Positions 43,135 through 56,200 of a stretch of 64,000 nt of DNA are shown here, one piece after another. The translations under genes were made by a program, and so were the position numbers. Numbering within the stretch: position 1 is the stretch's first letter; each line of letters opens with the position of its first letter. The DNA is from Azolla caroliniana (taxonomy: Eukaryota; Plantae; Polypodiophyta). The stretch is from the NCBI GenBank assembly GCA_043228905.1, contig JBHGNT010000013.1, forward strand, positions 16,182,001-16,246,000. The letters are read 5' to 3'. Under the pieces are notes generated by a model. The model was not told the origin of the DNA. It did not search any database and saw only the letters and a program-made list of their open reading frames with translations.

Positions 43135-43741
43135 TCGAGTGTACTTCCATATCTTAAATGGAGTCTATGATTTCCAGAATATTGAGTGTACTTCCATATC
43201 TTAAATGGAGTCTATAATTTTTATACCCTACTTATATAAGGAGTTTAGCTGATTTCTTTTATGTGCTCATTGTTGTAACACAGCGAGTCTTATTCAAAAA
43301 TTTTAAGTTTGGATGGGGAGACTTATTCCAAACTTTGTAAGGTGTGATGTTGGTTTTCCATGGTTAGTTATCACTGAATTTCTCCTTAGAAGATCCTACA
43401 TTATTTTCATTTGTTTGGTTAAGAGAGAAAAGGTGCTTGTCTATCCAAGATATTACTGAATTTTTCCTTAGATCTTACATTATTTTCATGATGGCTAAGA
43501 GATAAAAGGTGCTCCTCTATCCATTTTAAGTCTGTCTGGGTATAATATTTCGTTATTTGTTTCTGGTTCTTATTTTATACGATTGTTGTGGAGCAGGCTT
43601 CTCCTGTTGTAGGAGGTCTTCCTACCTCGACTGTGTCCATTTGGTTCTAAATTTTCATCATTGTTATAATTGAGGCCTTCCATTAGATTGTAAGATTTGG
43701 TTCATCATTGTTATAATAAGGCCTTCCATTAGATTGTAAGA
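43135..43741. repeat. Cluster of short local duplications downstream of MIPS
   Basis: GAGTGTACTTCCATATCTTAAATGGAGTCTAT x2 (~43137, ~43184); ACTGAATTT..CCTTAGA...AAAAGGTGCT x2 (~43373, ~43454); TTCATCATTGTTATAAT.AGGCCTTCCATTAGATTGTAAGA x2 (~43653, ~43701). Confidence 0.75.
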
Positions 43742-45399
43742 GCTTCCATTTGTTTTGTCAGTTTCAAGTTACGACAATTGAGTAGAATGTTGCAGTTGTG
43801 GCATTTAATTGAAAGGGCAATATAGCATATTGGTTTGCCTTGATTATGAGGATGATAATTCTCTCCTCTCTCTTAAGTATATTAATTATGGAAGTTGAAT
43901 TATCATGGATGGAATATGATATATTCTCAGCTCATAAACAGACATCCCCCATTTCACATTGTTATAGTTTATTATTTCACGTTGTTATAGTTAATTTGAT
44001 AAAGGGCAATGTAAATGATGGAGATGATGCATTGTCAGCCTACACATCCCAAATACCTCCTCTTTGAAGTTTCCAACACAAGGAAAATTGCCATGTGTCT
44101 TGAACATAGTATCGAGCACAAAAAATAGAGGCATTTCCATATGTGCCAATTATACCATAATCCACAGTACCTTAGATTTTGAAAGGTGTCTCAACATGTG
44201 CAGATCATTTTTGAATCTCAATTGAATCTCAATTGCACATTATCTGAAACCGCCCCTATTATTGGACAATTGATCGATATGTAAGCTGATTTGTGTTGTA
44301 ATAAAAATAAGAACTAGGTAGTGGTGGTGCCCAAAAATTGTGGGAACTACATTCTCTGCAATTGTGGGAATGCTTTTTGCTTGTTTGTGTGAGAGAGTCC
44401 ATTTTATTGGGGGATGAAGGGGATGTTTTACAAGAAGAATTGCATGGGCGTGTGTTTAGTGTAATTAATGAGAAGACAGAGGTGCAAATATGACAAGGGA
44501 CGTAGATGTGTGGGTCAAACAGTGTGCTTGAGTTAAATGGGACCGAGTTCATTGCTTGTTAAGATTCTAGTCTGAGTGGTAGCTAATGTTTTTTTGTAGT
44601 TGGATGGCTGATTGTATAAACTTCAGGAAGTTTATTTAGTACGTGACACTATGTTTTGTATAAAGTATGGGACTGTTGTAATCTCTCTTAACTCTTATTG
44701 TCCCAACCATGTTTCGTGTGTTTTTGAGACCCCCATAATCTAGGGGCATGACAATTATGCAAGTTGATTGTTGTTATCATGACCTTGCTCTAAATTTGGT
44801 TGTGTTTTGCATGGTAGAAGAACCCAGTCTCCCTTTTATAAATGATGATTGAGGAAATGCATTACATCTTGCCTTGTTTCAACATAAATGCACAAGAGGG
44901 AAGCCCCCAAGTAGGGTTTTTTGCAAGTAAATAAGGGGAATGATAATATCATAGAAATCAAATATATCTATATACGTATATAACTATGTATTTCAGATCG
45001 CTTTTTCCATCTTTTTAGTTATTATTTTTCAAATAGTTCAAAATAGAGGATGTGCATTGTGTGCCTTGTCTGAAATAGCCTCATCAAGCACTTAATATTA
45101 GAACTTGAGTACTAAGTCGAAAAAGATGCTCAATTAGACTTTAATAGCAAGCATTACTGTGGCACTAATAAAGAAATATTGTCTTTTTAACAATGTCGAC
45201 AAAATAGGGATCCAAACATAAATGGAGCTTGGCACATTGTTGACTTGCTAAGGCATGAGTATAGTTCGTAACCCAAAAGAAAAGAAAGAGTACGAAATTT
45301 AAGATAGGTGTTATAAAAGCCCCAAGCCTATGCAACCAAAAATGGAACTCAAAATGCATAGCCAAGTAATGACTTATGGGAGTGCCTCAAGTTTGAAAA

Positions 45400-47740
45400 T
45401 CATTCTTTGGAATTAGAGAGGATATCCATGGTAGCTTGAGATTAAGTGCTTGTGATTTAAATATTATATTTTCGTAGAAACCTGGGAACATGAAGGCAAG
45501 CATATACCTAATATTGATGGCGACATTATAAAATCTCTATGGCCCCACAATAGAAGTAATATTGGAAGACCACAAAGTATGCGAGTATGATGAATACAAA
45601 AGATATATGTGGGTGGAGGTACATTACGTGAAGAACGATGATATTCCTGGCAAGCTAGGTGTCTGTTTCCCGTTCAATCAAGCCATGATCCTAGTCTTTT
45701 TTGTTCGATAGGGTGACTTTCCAAACAAGGAGACGAATATGTCTTACCTGAAATAATCCTTACAGTTTCATTTACGGCTAATTCTCTGTGATATTTGAGT
45801 TTCCACTGAATTTCGCAACATTCTTTACTGCGAGTAGTTGAGACCCGACCCAAAAAAAGGGGGGTGGAGTATAAGCCAATTCATAAACCCTAAACCCTAA
45901 ACCCAAAGTACAACGGAAAAGAGGTACATTTTATGACCTCACTATGGAAAAGCTAATCTATATGCAAATGAGGTCGAGGGTTATCTCATGAACATCTCAC
46001 TTAGTAAAGATATGAAAATAAATCGGGAGCAATTGAAGGATGTCATTCTCATGGTAGGTTATGAATATTTTTGTGCATGTGTAGGTGGACATCAAATGCT
46101 TTGGTTCCCATGCAATGCTTAGTTTGATAAATAATGCTAGGATCACCTCAATGTTCACGCTCGCAAAAGATAAAAATGTGAAAGCCTTAACATTGTATCA
46201 ATATTGAAAGATGGTGATTAGGAAGAAGAGACAATACTATCAAATGCAAGAGAAAAAGAAAAGACATACGAAAGCTAACATGGAAGCTCAAGGGCAAAAA
46301 GGAAGATATAATTGGTGAATTCACCAATGAAGAGATGGAATAATATGTACCTAAGATTTATATGCATGATGGGATAATACCATACAAGGGCATGTGTGTC
46401 TATTGTAGATGTTAATAATGGGGCAAAAAAAGATGTTTAATGGCAAAGTGGCAGACGTAACTTTAATGACAAGCGAACCCTTAAAATGGGCAATACCGCA
46501 AACACGTCAATGGATAACAACTATCTTGGATCACACTATCAAGCAAGGTTTCCTATAATATTGGCTCATGAATTGGATAAACCAATCCATAAAGGAGGTC
46601 ATGGAGATAAAAATTCGAAATTTGGTATACAACTATTGAACTATCATGGTTAGCTAATTTATGGCCAAGTTATATATCACTATCATGGAACAAAAGATTA
46701 GCTTTAACTAAAACGTTCAACTAGCAATCATTTGGTTACACTCATAGATTGACATATTCGCATTCGTGGGGGTTTCCATTCGAATACAAACGAATACGAA
46801 TACGAATGGGTAGTCAAGTATTCGTTTGACTAAAAAAAAGAAAAAACGAAGAACATAAACTTATCTATTTTAATTTCTTAAGATAAAAGAAAAGGAACTT
46901 GACAATAAATAGGGATAATAAAAGAGGGACTTGAGACTATGTACTCAATTCTTATAATAAATGTGTAACTTATAACTATAAGTATTCGTTTTATTTTTAA
47001 TAAGTAAATAAAATAAAATAAAGGTTCATTAATTTTTCACTTTTTATTCCCTCGAAATTTATGGATATTTTTATCTTGACATTAAAAATAGGACTTGAAA
47101 GTTCACACTAATCATATTTTTATAGTAAATATAAAAATATTTATTTTTTAAAAATTAATTAATTAATTAGTTAATTAAAATAAGTTTCATAAACTCTCCT
47201 GAAGGTTGACACTATAATCTATTAATGAATAATTGTTCTTTTTTTGGTGAAATAAATTTATTTGAATAAAAAATGAAGGAATTAATTATTTTATATTTAT
47301 TTTGCAAAACGAATGGTTTTATAATATTCTTGGGGCGATTTCGTATTTTCGAATATTACGAATATCACGCATAGAGAATATCACGAATATCATGCACGTG
47401 TCAATCTATGGTTACACTAATAGGGGGCATGGAAGAAAGGCAGACTTCAAGGGAAAATATTTGTGTTGTTTTGTGGACTTCAACAAATCCTTTAACACTC
47501 TACCAAGGAGTGAGCTTTGGAAAAGAATGATAAAAATTAGAATGCCATTAGAATGTTGAGAAAATGTAACTTGATTGTATGAGTAGGGTAGGTGCCTAAA
47601 GTGGATAGTGGTTTCTTGAAGTACTTCTTGATCAACATGGGGATCACACAAGGTGCCCTATCTCTACCCCAGACTTTGGTTTATATATCAATAGACTTGA
47701 AGAAATAGTAAACAATGCTATAAACAAAGAAGGATTAGAT
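45400..47740 (+). mobile_element. Degenerate RTE-like LINE (endonuclease + RT), interrupted by a MITE and truncated at 47740
   Basis: APE motif FVETWEHE (~45471); RT NHLVTL|...CCFVDFNKSFNTLPR; QG.P.S...FGLYINRLEE. Many stops. Confidence 0.72.
46743..47410. mobile_element. Non-autonomous hAT-type DNA transposon / MITE (668 bp)
   Basis: 12-bp perfect TIRs CATAGATTGACA / TGTCAATCTATG; 8-bp TSD GTTACACT (46735-46742, 47411-47418); subterminal CGAATA repeats; AT-rich non-coding core. Confidence 0.92.
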
Positions 47741-49258
47741 GGTCACATCTACTCATTCAATTAGCTTAGTTCAAGTCACCTTAAACTCTCTATGTTTTAC
47801 ACATAAACACAAAGATGATAACTTTTAGCTCTACGTTATATATGGTGAGAGCCTCATTTATCCTGTGTATGTGGGATATCCCACAATTTTATTTTTCTCT
47901 TTGTCTTTGCAAACTTCCTACCTACATAACTTGACACAAATGTTCGTTTCTTATGTAGTAAAGTGCATCCAAAAGCTCTTAAAGACCTCCATCTTTTTGT
48001 ACCAAGATATTAAACTTATTTAAAATTAGTATCTTCATTATTATTGTTTTACATTTTATGAGAAGAACCACACTTGATTTCGTATGTTTTATGCGGTTTT
48101 CACACCATTGCCGAAAATCTTCACGACATCCACCCCCACCAAACCGCACGTCCTCCGGTACGTGCCAAGAAGAGAGAATGTGAGATTTCAGCAATGGTGA
48201 TCAACATGACTCCTCAACGTCGAACATGTCTGTTTCTTTGTACTCGAAACATTGTTGCCACCCAATCCACCATATCATTCGCTTTTTATTTGCTTTACCA
48301 TGACTTGTTGTCATGGTCCTTTCCTCTCTTCTTGAGGATAATCGTTTAAGTCTCATGAATGTTCCACCTTTGTCTCGATCGTCTCCTTGCTCAAGGCACT
48401 TTGACTCGTTCACAATAGTGTCTTTGTTAGATGTTTTTATCACATCCTTCGGATTCTCATGGCTTGCTTGGCCATCGCCATCCTTTGTCATATTTTGCTC
48501 AAACTCTTTGTTGCACAAATAAACTTTAACCCTTGCTTCTTCCCCTTCACTATCCTTCTCTTGGGTCTTACATCGGTTAATGCCCAAGTCTCTAGAACGA
48601 GTGTGGAGGGACCCATTCATTTCCATCGTTCGCCTTTTTCGTGCTGCACTTAGCCGTTTCCATCTTAAAGTCGGGACACTCATCTTCTTATTCTTCTTTT
48701 CTATCCACTTCATTAGGGCATGTCGAGTCATCCTCGCCGGATCTTCAGTCGTGAATTCCGCTAATATCGTTTTCTCGAACTCGGACCATATCGTCTTACC
48801 TTCTTGAAGCTCGATGACGCGTCTTTGAATGTTGTTGGCGACCACTCTCTTGAAACCTGTGATTTGCCGTGCTTCAGACACGTTTCTTTAATTCATCTCC
48901 CTTTTGTATGCGTCAAGGAACTTCGTAATGTTCCTTCCATCAAATTGACCCTCGAGCTCTACGACACGGTCGACAGCCTTCTCTACGCTCGCATCGTTGT
49001 CTCGAGATCTCATCATTTGTTCGACAATTATCATCATCCTTTCGAACTCTCCCGCTTGATTGCTTAAGGATGCCATCTCCAAGTATCGGTCGATCCTCGA
49101 CTTGATCCTTCATACTGCCTCTTTCACATCGGGTTCACCACTTAATTATGTCGTGAAAATCCGTCACTATGTGCGGATCGTGAGGCGGAACCACCGGGGT
49201 CCTGGACCGGAAGGATTCGAAGTTTGCGCTAATTTTAGCGAGAAAGTTTTTAAGATAG

Positions 49259-49314
<56 letters not shown>

Positions 49315-50240
49315 AGATTAGATTTAAATGCTTGACTTTAGATTGAGAGAAAGTGATAGGGCAAGAGATAGATATTGAGATAAAGATTCAACTTTTAACT
49401 TTAGATTTAAGAGAGATGATACATCAACAATAGGATTACAAGGTTTCTTCTAATTAATTTTTTGATCAATACCTGGCTCCCTAATACATTTTTCATCCAC
49501 TCTTTTATAGATGCCCCCATGCATATGATGCATGTGATGCATGTTTGCCATTTGGCGCTCATGCGCTACGTGTCATTCATTTAAGGTCTCATGTGTGAGA
49601 ATTTACATGTAAAAGTACAATGATAAAAATATAATGTCAAGTAAATGTCTTGGCTTAGTGGTAAGCCTATTGACTCTCAATTTGGAGGTGCCAGATGCCG
49701 GTTTATATATTTATTTATTCGGTCTCCGAATGCCGGTTTTCGACCGGTTCGCCTGATGCCGGTTATCGTCTGGTTCCATCGCCGAATGCCGCTGCCTCAC
49801 TGGCTTAGCCGCCGGTCCGGTTTCAGTTGGCCAAAACCTTTACAAGTAGTTAGGCCACACCCACTCATCCAATTAGCTTAGTTCAAGTCACCTTGAACTC
49901 TCTATGTTCCACACATAAACACAAAGATGATAACTTTTTGCTTTACGTTATATATGGCGAGAGCCTCATTTATCCTATCTATGTGGGATATCTCACAATT
50001 TTATTTTTCTCTTTGTCTTTGCAAACTTCCTACCTACATAACTTGACACAGATGTCCGTTTCTTATGTAGTAAAGTGCATCTAAAAGCTCTTAAAGACCT
50101 CCATCTTTTTGTACCAAGATATTAAACTTATTTAAAATTAGTATCTTCACTATTATTGTTTTACATTTTATGAGAAGAACCACACTTGATTTTGTATGTT
50201 TTATGCGGTTTTCACACCATTGCCGAAAATCTTCACGACA
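47741..50240 (-). mobile_element. Non-autonomous gag-only Ty3/gypsy LTR element with tRNA-Trp PBS; 3' LTR truncated
   Basis: 5' LTR 50240-49149 with termini TGTCGTGAA...TTCACGACA; PBS TGGTGAACCCGATGTGA (49140-49124); gag fragments GQFDGRNITKFLDAYKREM and WSEFEKTILAEF (49082-48201); PPT GGTGGGGGTGGA (48140-48129); 3' LTR 48128-47741 matches 50240-49853. Confidence 0.85.
49263..49310. repeat. (GA)n microsatellite inside the LTR
   Basis: Directly visible perfect dinucleotide array. Confidence 0.95.
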
Positions 50241-53200
50241 TCGAAAGGCTGCTATCTTAGACACTGGTGGTGCGGGCTAGGCTTTCGTCTCGACGATTGT
50301 GTTTATCTCTTCCAAAGTATTAGTCATCCTAATATCCGGCGGTATGGGATGTTGGTGGTAGGTTGGCTATGTCTAGATCATAGCTCGGGGGTGGTCGAGT
50401 GGAAGGGGTTCTTCTATCCATTCTATTTTCCTTCTTTTACTTTAGTTTGGTCTATTGATTAGTAATAGACTCTTAACAGTGGTATCAGAGCATTTACTAA
50501 CAATTTTTTGTTGTTGTTTTGATGTTTTTTGCGTGTGAGCGATGGGGATCTAACAAGGCTCGTCGTGCTCTTCACAGGATCAAAACAACATTCTAAACCG
50601 GATATTCTTCTTTCTCAATCTTTCCTTTCTTTTCTATGATGTTTTCTTCTTGGTCATATGGAAGTGGTATTACGTTTTCTTTTCTTTTCTTTCTTCTTTC
50701 TACCATCATACGATGTTAATCTACTTATGCATCGGGTCGAGCATGTTTGCACTAATCGCACACGCTCAACTCATGGCCCTTTTGCATATTGCGATGTATC
50801 TCCCACTCTCCTCTCTCTTGAGCCTTCTCTTACAATTTTAATTATTATTGTGCATCGGGCCGAGTATGTTTGCCCTAATCGCACATGCTCACCTCATGAA
50901 CCTTTTGCATATGATGTTGAGTATGCCACTCTTCCCTTTATTGAGCCATCACTTGGCTGATTCTATGGGATGTTGTGGACTTGACGAGGTTTATGTTGCC
51001 TACCTATGCCACTCTACTCTCTATTGAGCCATCACTTGGCCGATTCTATGGGAGGTTGTGGCCTTAACGAGGTATATGTCGCTTACCTATGCCACTTTAC
51101 TCTTTATTGAGCCATCAATTGGCCGATTCTAGGGAGATGTGGTGGTCTTGAGGAGGTGCATGTCGACTACCTTAGGGTTTGATACCTTAAGGCATGCTTA
51201 ATGATTCATACACCTAATTGATTATTATTCTAATTAATTTCTAATTACACAAATTTTCATTTCACTTTTGTATGATTTTCTAGTAATTATCGTTTCCCAC
51301 CCACAATTAACTCTCTTTCTTGCCCTTATTTTAAGTTTATCTACCCTATTTACGTACGTTTAATGGTGTAACGATTCATGTAGACTATTTTTTAATATTG
51401 AGTGGGCATCATGCCGTTTTTTGAACGATTTTTTCCAACAGCTCATCTAGGTTTAACTCATATTATCGAGCCTTAGAACTCGAGTAAAACCACATGAGTT
51501 CCCCTATTGATGTTTTACTAATATATTTGAGTTCTGCATCTTTGCGCACAACACCACCGCCACTTGTATCAATTTGTGGCTTATGTCGCAATTGTGCAAA
51601 TTACAACCACCATATTGGGATGTATATGTGCATGCCTTGCACCATCCATTTATTTGTGACATTTTTTTCTAGTAGGTAACAAATGGGTTTTTTGACCCTT
51701 GTTTTCGTCACTGCTTGATTCTTATGGGTATTGCCTTATTTTATCGTTTTTGTCATAACATTTTCTTGTTACTCGCAAGACTAAAATATTACTTGCGAGT
51801 GCACTTGTTTTTTCACTTAATACACTTTCTCGGCCATATCAATACATGTTGGGTTGGCGTTCTAATATAAGGCTAACTAGGAAATTACGTTGATGTTAGA
51901 ACCATGGTTGAGCCTCAAGGAGCCGCCATGATTATTCAAGATAGAGATTCGAGAAAGACATCTTAGCTATGTTTTCCCCCATGGTTTTGAAAACACCATA
52001 GTGTTACCATAGTTATCGGATCTCGAATCACATCTCATATGTCTAGAGGGGTAAAGACATGAGACGCTTTCTTGGTAAAGTTCTTACAATCAAAATTTCA
52101 AGCATTCATTTTGCTTGTGTATTTTCTGAACCTCCTTATTTATATTGCATACCCACATCTTGCATCATGGAACAAATTTTGAACGTTGTTGGAGCAATCT
52201 CTCCAACCGAGACCTCTCAACTCCAATCTGCATCTCGCACACAAGCTGAGATCACTATTGAGAAATTGCTCACTATTACCTTGAATCAATTGGCCGAAAT
52301 GAGGCAGGCCAATATGGCATTGGAAAAGAAATTCCAAGAATTTACTATTGAGTCCAAGAAAGAAGGTGAGCCTTCTTTCGTAGTAACGCCATTCAAGGGA
52401 GATAAGAAAGAAAGAACTAAGGAGGCCATTAGCACTTGGCTTGGTTGTTGGGAGTCTCACTTTGAGCTCCATCCCAAGCCTGATGCTGTAAAAATTGGTT
52501 ACGTCGGTCGTAAGTTAGGTGGTCGAGCTGCTGCTTGGTGGCGCGACCTAAGGACTGCAAAGAACTTACCCACAACTTGGGAAGGTTTCGTTGACGTTTT
52601 TAAGAAACAGTTTTTGCAGCAACCTTCTCAAACTGAACAAGCGCAACACTTGTTCACGTTGTCGAGTAAGCCATTTACCTCTATCGAGGATTATGTGCAT
52701 CATGCTCGGACTTACGAGTGAGAAATGGTTTGTTGCTTGCTTTTTGAATGGTATTCCTAATGGGGATTACCATTGGATTATCCATGACAAGGACCCCACA
52801 ACTTTTGAGGAAGCCGTCAACATTGTACTTCGGTACCATAAGACTTCCAAGAAAGACCACAATAAACCTGAGTTTGCCAAAACTCCGAATGTCAAGTTCA
52901 TTGGGAAACGTAAGTAATCCAATGACACTCTTGAGCACGACTCCAAGAAACCTAACCTCTTCTGTGCATATTGCAAGAAACGGGGCCACACAAAGGATAC
53001 ATGTCGTTGTCTTTAGAGGAAGTCAATGAACACCCCTCCTCAAGACAAATCTACGAGTCACACAGGTGAGTCTTTTGATGTTGTTGAAGTTCATACCAAC
53101 CACTTAAGTTCATGTGAATGCACTTTTTCTTCACATTTACTTGGACCTAATGATTTACTCCGAGCAGTCGGGTATATCAGTGGAACACAAGCACATTTCT

Positions 53201-56200
53201 TGTTTGATTCCGGTAGATCTCACAATTTTTTGGAGCAAATGGAACTCCACATAAACGCAAGTGATCATATCTATCAAGTTCACATGGCAAATGGAAGTGT
53301 TCAATACATCAGTGGCATTGTTTGTCAACTGCCAATTCAAATAGATACCTATTTGAAGAAGCTTGACTTTCATGTTATAAAACTACAATCCGTAGATGTC
53401 ATTTTAGGATACCCTTGGTTTTTTAATAAAAACCCGTCTTTGTCCATTGATTGGGTTAATCACTCAATCACATTTGAACTTAATAATTGTAAACATTTTA
53501 TTCAATGTTCCAAACTTCCTTCTCGTTCACTTGTGTCTTCTAAATCTTTAAGTGAGTATTCAAGTTCATTAATTGATTTGTGTGTAATTGATCCTGCGCT
53601 TCAATTTTATTATTTTAATATTGATGCCACACAATTACCACATTATGAACAACAATTACTCGACTCTATTTTAGACGATTTTCAAGACGTGTTTCCTAAC
53701 GAATTGCCACGTACTTTACCACCAAAATGTAATGTGGACTATCAAATTGAACTCATTCCTAGTGCTGCTCCTATGAGCATTCCACCTTACCAACTTAGTC
53801 GATTAGAAGAGGATGAGATCGCTAAACAACTTAAGGAATACTTGAGTATGGGCCACATTAGGTATAGTAAATCACCTTGGGGTGCGATAGTTCTATTGGT
53901 TAAGAAGAAGGAAGGTTCATGGCGAATTATCGCCGTTTGAATAAAATGACAATTAAAAATGCATATTCGTTACCTCATGTCGATGATTTGATTGATCGTT
54001 TGCATGGGGCCCAATATTTTACGAAAATTGACTTATAGACAGGTTATCATCAGATTCGCATTGCCGAGGATGATATTCCTAAAACCGCTTTTCGTATGCG
54101 CTATGGTCATTATGAGTTTTTAGTCATGCCTTTCGGGTTGACTAATGCTCCAACCACATTTCAACAAGCGATGAATGACGTTTTCCGAGCAACTCGGTGA
54201 TTTTGTTGTCGTCTTCTTGGATGATATTTTGATATATAGTCGTACCTTGCAAGATCATGTTCAACATGTTCGATTTGTTTTGCAAAAGTTGCGTGACAAC
54301 TCTTTCTATGCAAAACATTCAAAATGTGATTTTTTCCAAAAATCTATTGTGTACCTAGATCATTTAATTACAGAAAATGGTGTTGAAATTGAACCTTCTC
54401 GTATTGAAAAGGTTAAACTTTGACCCATTCCTCGTAATATTCGTGAACTGCGATCATTCTTAGGGTTTGTTGGATTTTTACGAAAATCAATTCGTAACTA
54501 TTCCAAATTGACTACGCCATTAACTGACCTTTTAAAAGATCATCCACATAAGTCTGTCAAACCAATTGCATGGAATGAACAACTTGACAAATCATTTGAG
54601 ACACTCAAAGAGCATGTGTGTTTGGCTCCCACTCTTCTATTACCGGACCCTTCTAAGCCTTTCTCAATCGAAACCGATGCCAATGATTATGCTATTGGTG
54701 CCGTTCTTTATCAAGGCAGTCACCCTATTTCTTTTGAAAGTAAGAAGCTTGATGCTGCTCAATCTCGGTATTCAATTCAAGAGAAAGAGTTGTTTGCAGT
54801 AATACATGCACTTAAAACATGGAGGCACTATCTTTATGGAAATAAATGTGTGGTTACAACAAACCATCAATCATTGAAGTATTTTTGTGACCAACCAAAT
54901 CTTGTTGTTCGTAAAGGCCGTTGGGCTGACCTTATGCAAGATTTTGATTTTTCCATATGGTATCGCAAGGGTTCTATGAACACTGTTGCGGATGCTCTTA
55001 GTCGCATTAAAGAAGTTAACATACTTAGCTTCACGGATATAAAATCTGATCTTTTAGATCACCTTCGAGGGAAATACCTTGATGATAGTTATTTTTTGAA
55101 ATACTGGACGAAAGCCGAATCTGGGTTAGATGCCGATACTAGCACCCTACCCTCGAAGGCGACCTTTCACATTACAAACGGTTTGCTCTACCATAGTGGA
55201 AAGGTTTGTGTTCCAGATTTACCAAACGTAAAACAGAAAATTCTTCATGAATGTCATGATGCACCATCTGCTGGTCATCCTAGAATACAACGCACACTCG
55301 TTCTCATCTCGAGTACTTTTTTTTGGCCTAAGATGCACTCTGATGTGCATAAATACGCACACAATGTCAGATTAATAAGTCGGAACGACTTAAAGTTGTG
55401 GGTCTTTTACATCCTTTAGATATTCCCAACAACAAATGGGAAAGTATCTCGATGGATTTTATGGTTAGTTTACCTTGTACACAGAGGGGTCATGATGCCA
55501 TTTGGGTTGTCGTTGACAGACTAACAAAATTGGCTAGATTTATTCCTACCAAAACCACAGTAATCGCTCAACAATTGGCTTATCAATTTGTTGATGAGTT
55601 ATTTTGTTTTTATGGATTACCGCTGGGTATTGTTAGTGATCGAGATTCCAAGTTTAGTAGTGACTTTTGAACTCAAGTCTTTAAGAAACTAGAAACTACG
55701 TTGAGCATGAGTTCCACAGATCATCCTCAATCTCATGGACAAACTAAATGAGTTAATCAAATTATTGAGGACATGCTTTGAGCTTATGTAGCAAAAACCC
55801 CTTCTAAGTGGGAGCAATACCTTCCTATCTTAGAATTTTCCTATAATAGCTCTAAACATACATCCACTGGATATAGTCCTTTTATGTTGATGTATGGTTT
55901 TCAGCCACGTGCCAAAGTTGATGTCACGATTCATCATGATACATTAGACAGTACACGCAATTTTTTGCAAGACATGAACCAAATGTTGCATATTGCCAAA
56001 GAGAATGCCAAGATAGCTCAAGATCGTGCTCGATTTTATGCTGATTGGGATAGACGTCCTCGTGCATTTACTATTGGTCCAAAAAGTTTTTTTGTGTGTC
56101 CCTACTGACTCTACGTCATTGTCTACGGGCAAGTATGCTAAGTTAGCCCCACGATATTGTGGCCCATTTGAAATCCTTAAGCGGGTTGGGTCATGTGCTT

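Noticed and set aside
49471-49491. miR160-like sequence (CCTGGCTCCCT)
   Set aside because: Only an 11-nt core matches, there is no miRNA* arm, and it lies inside an LTR.
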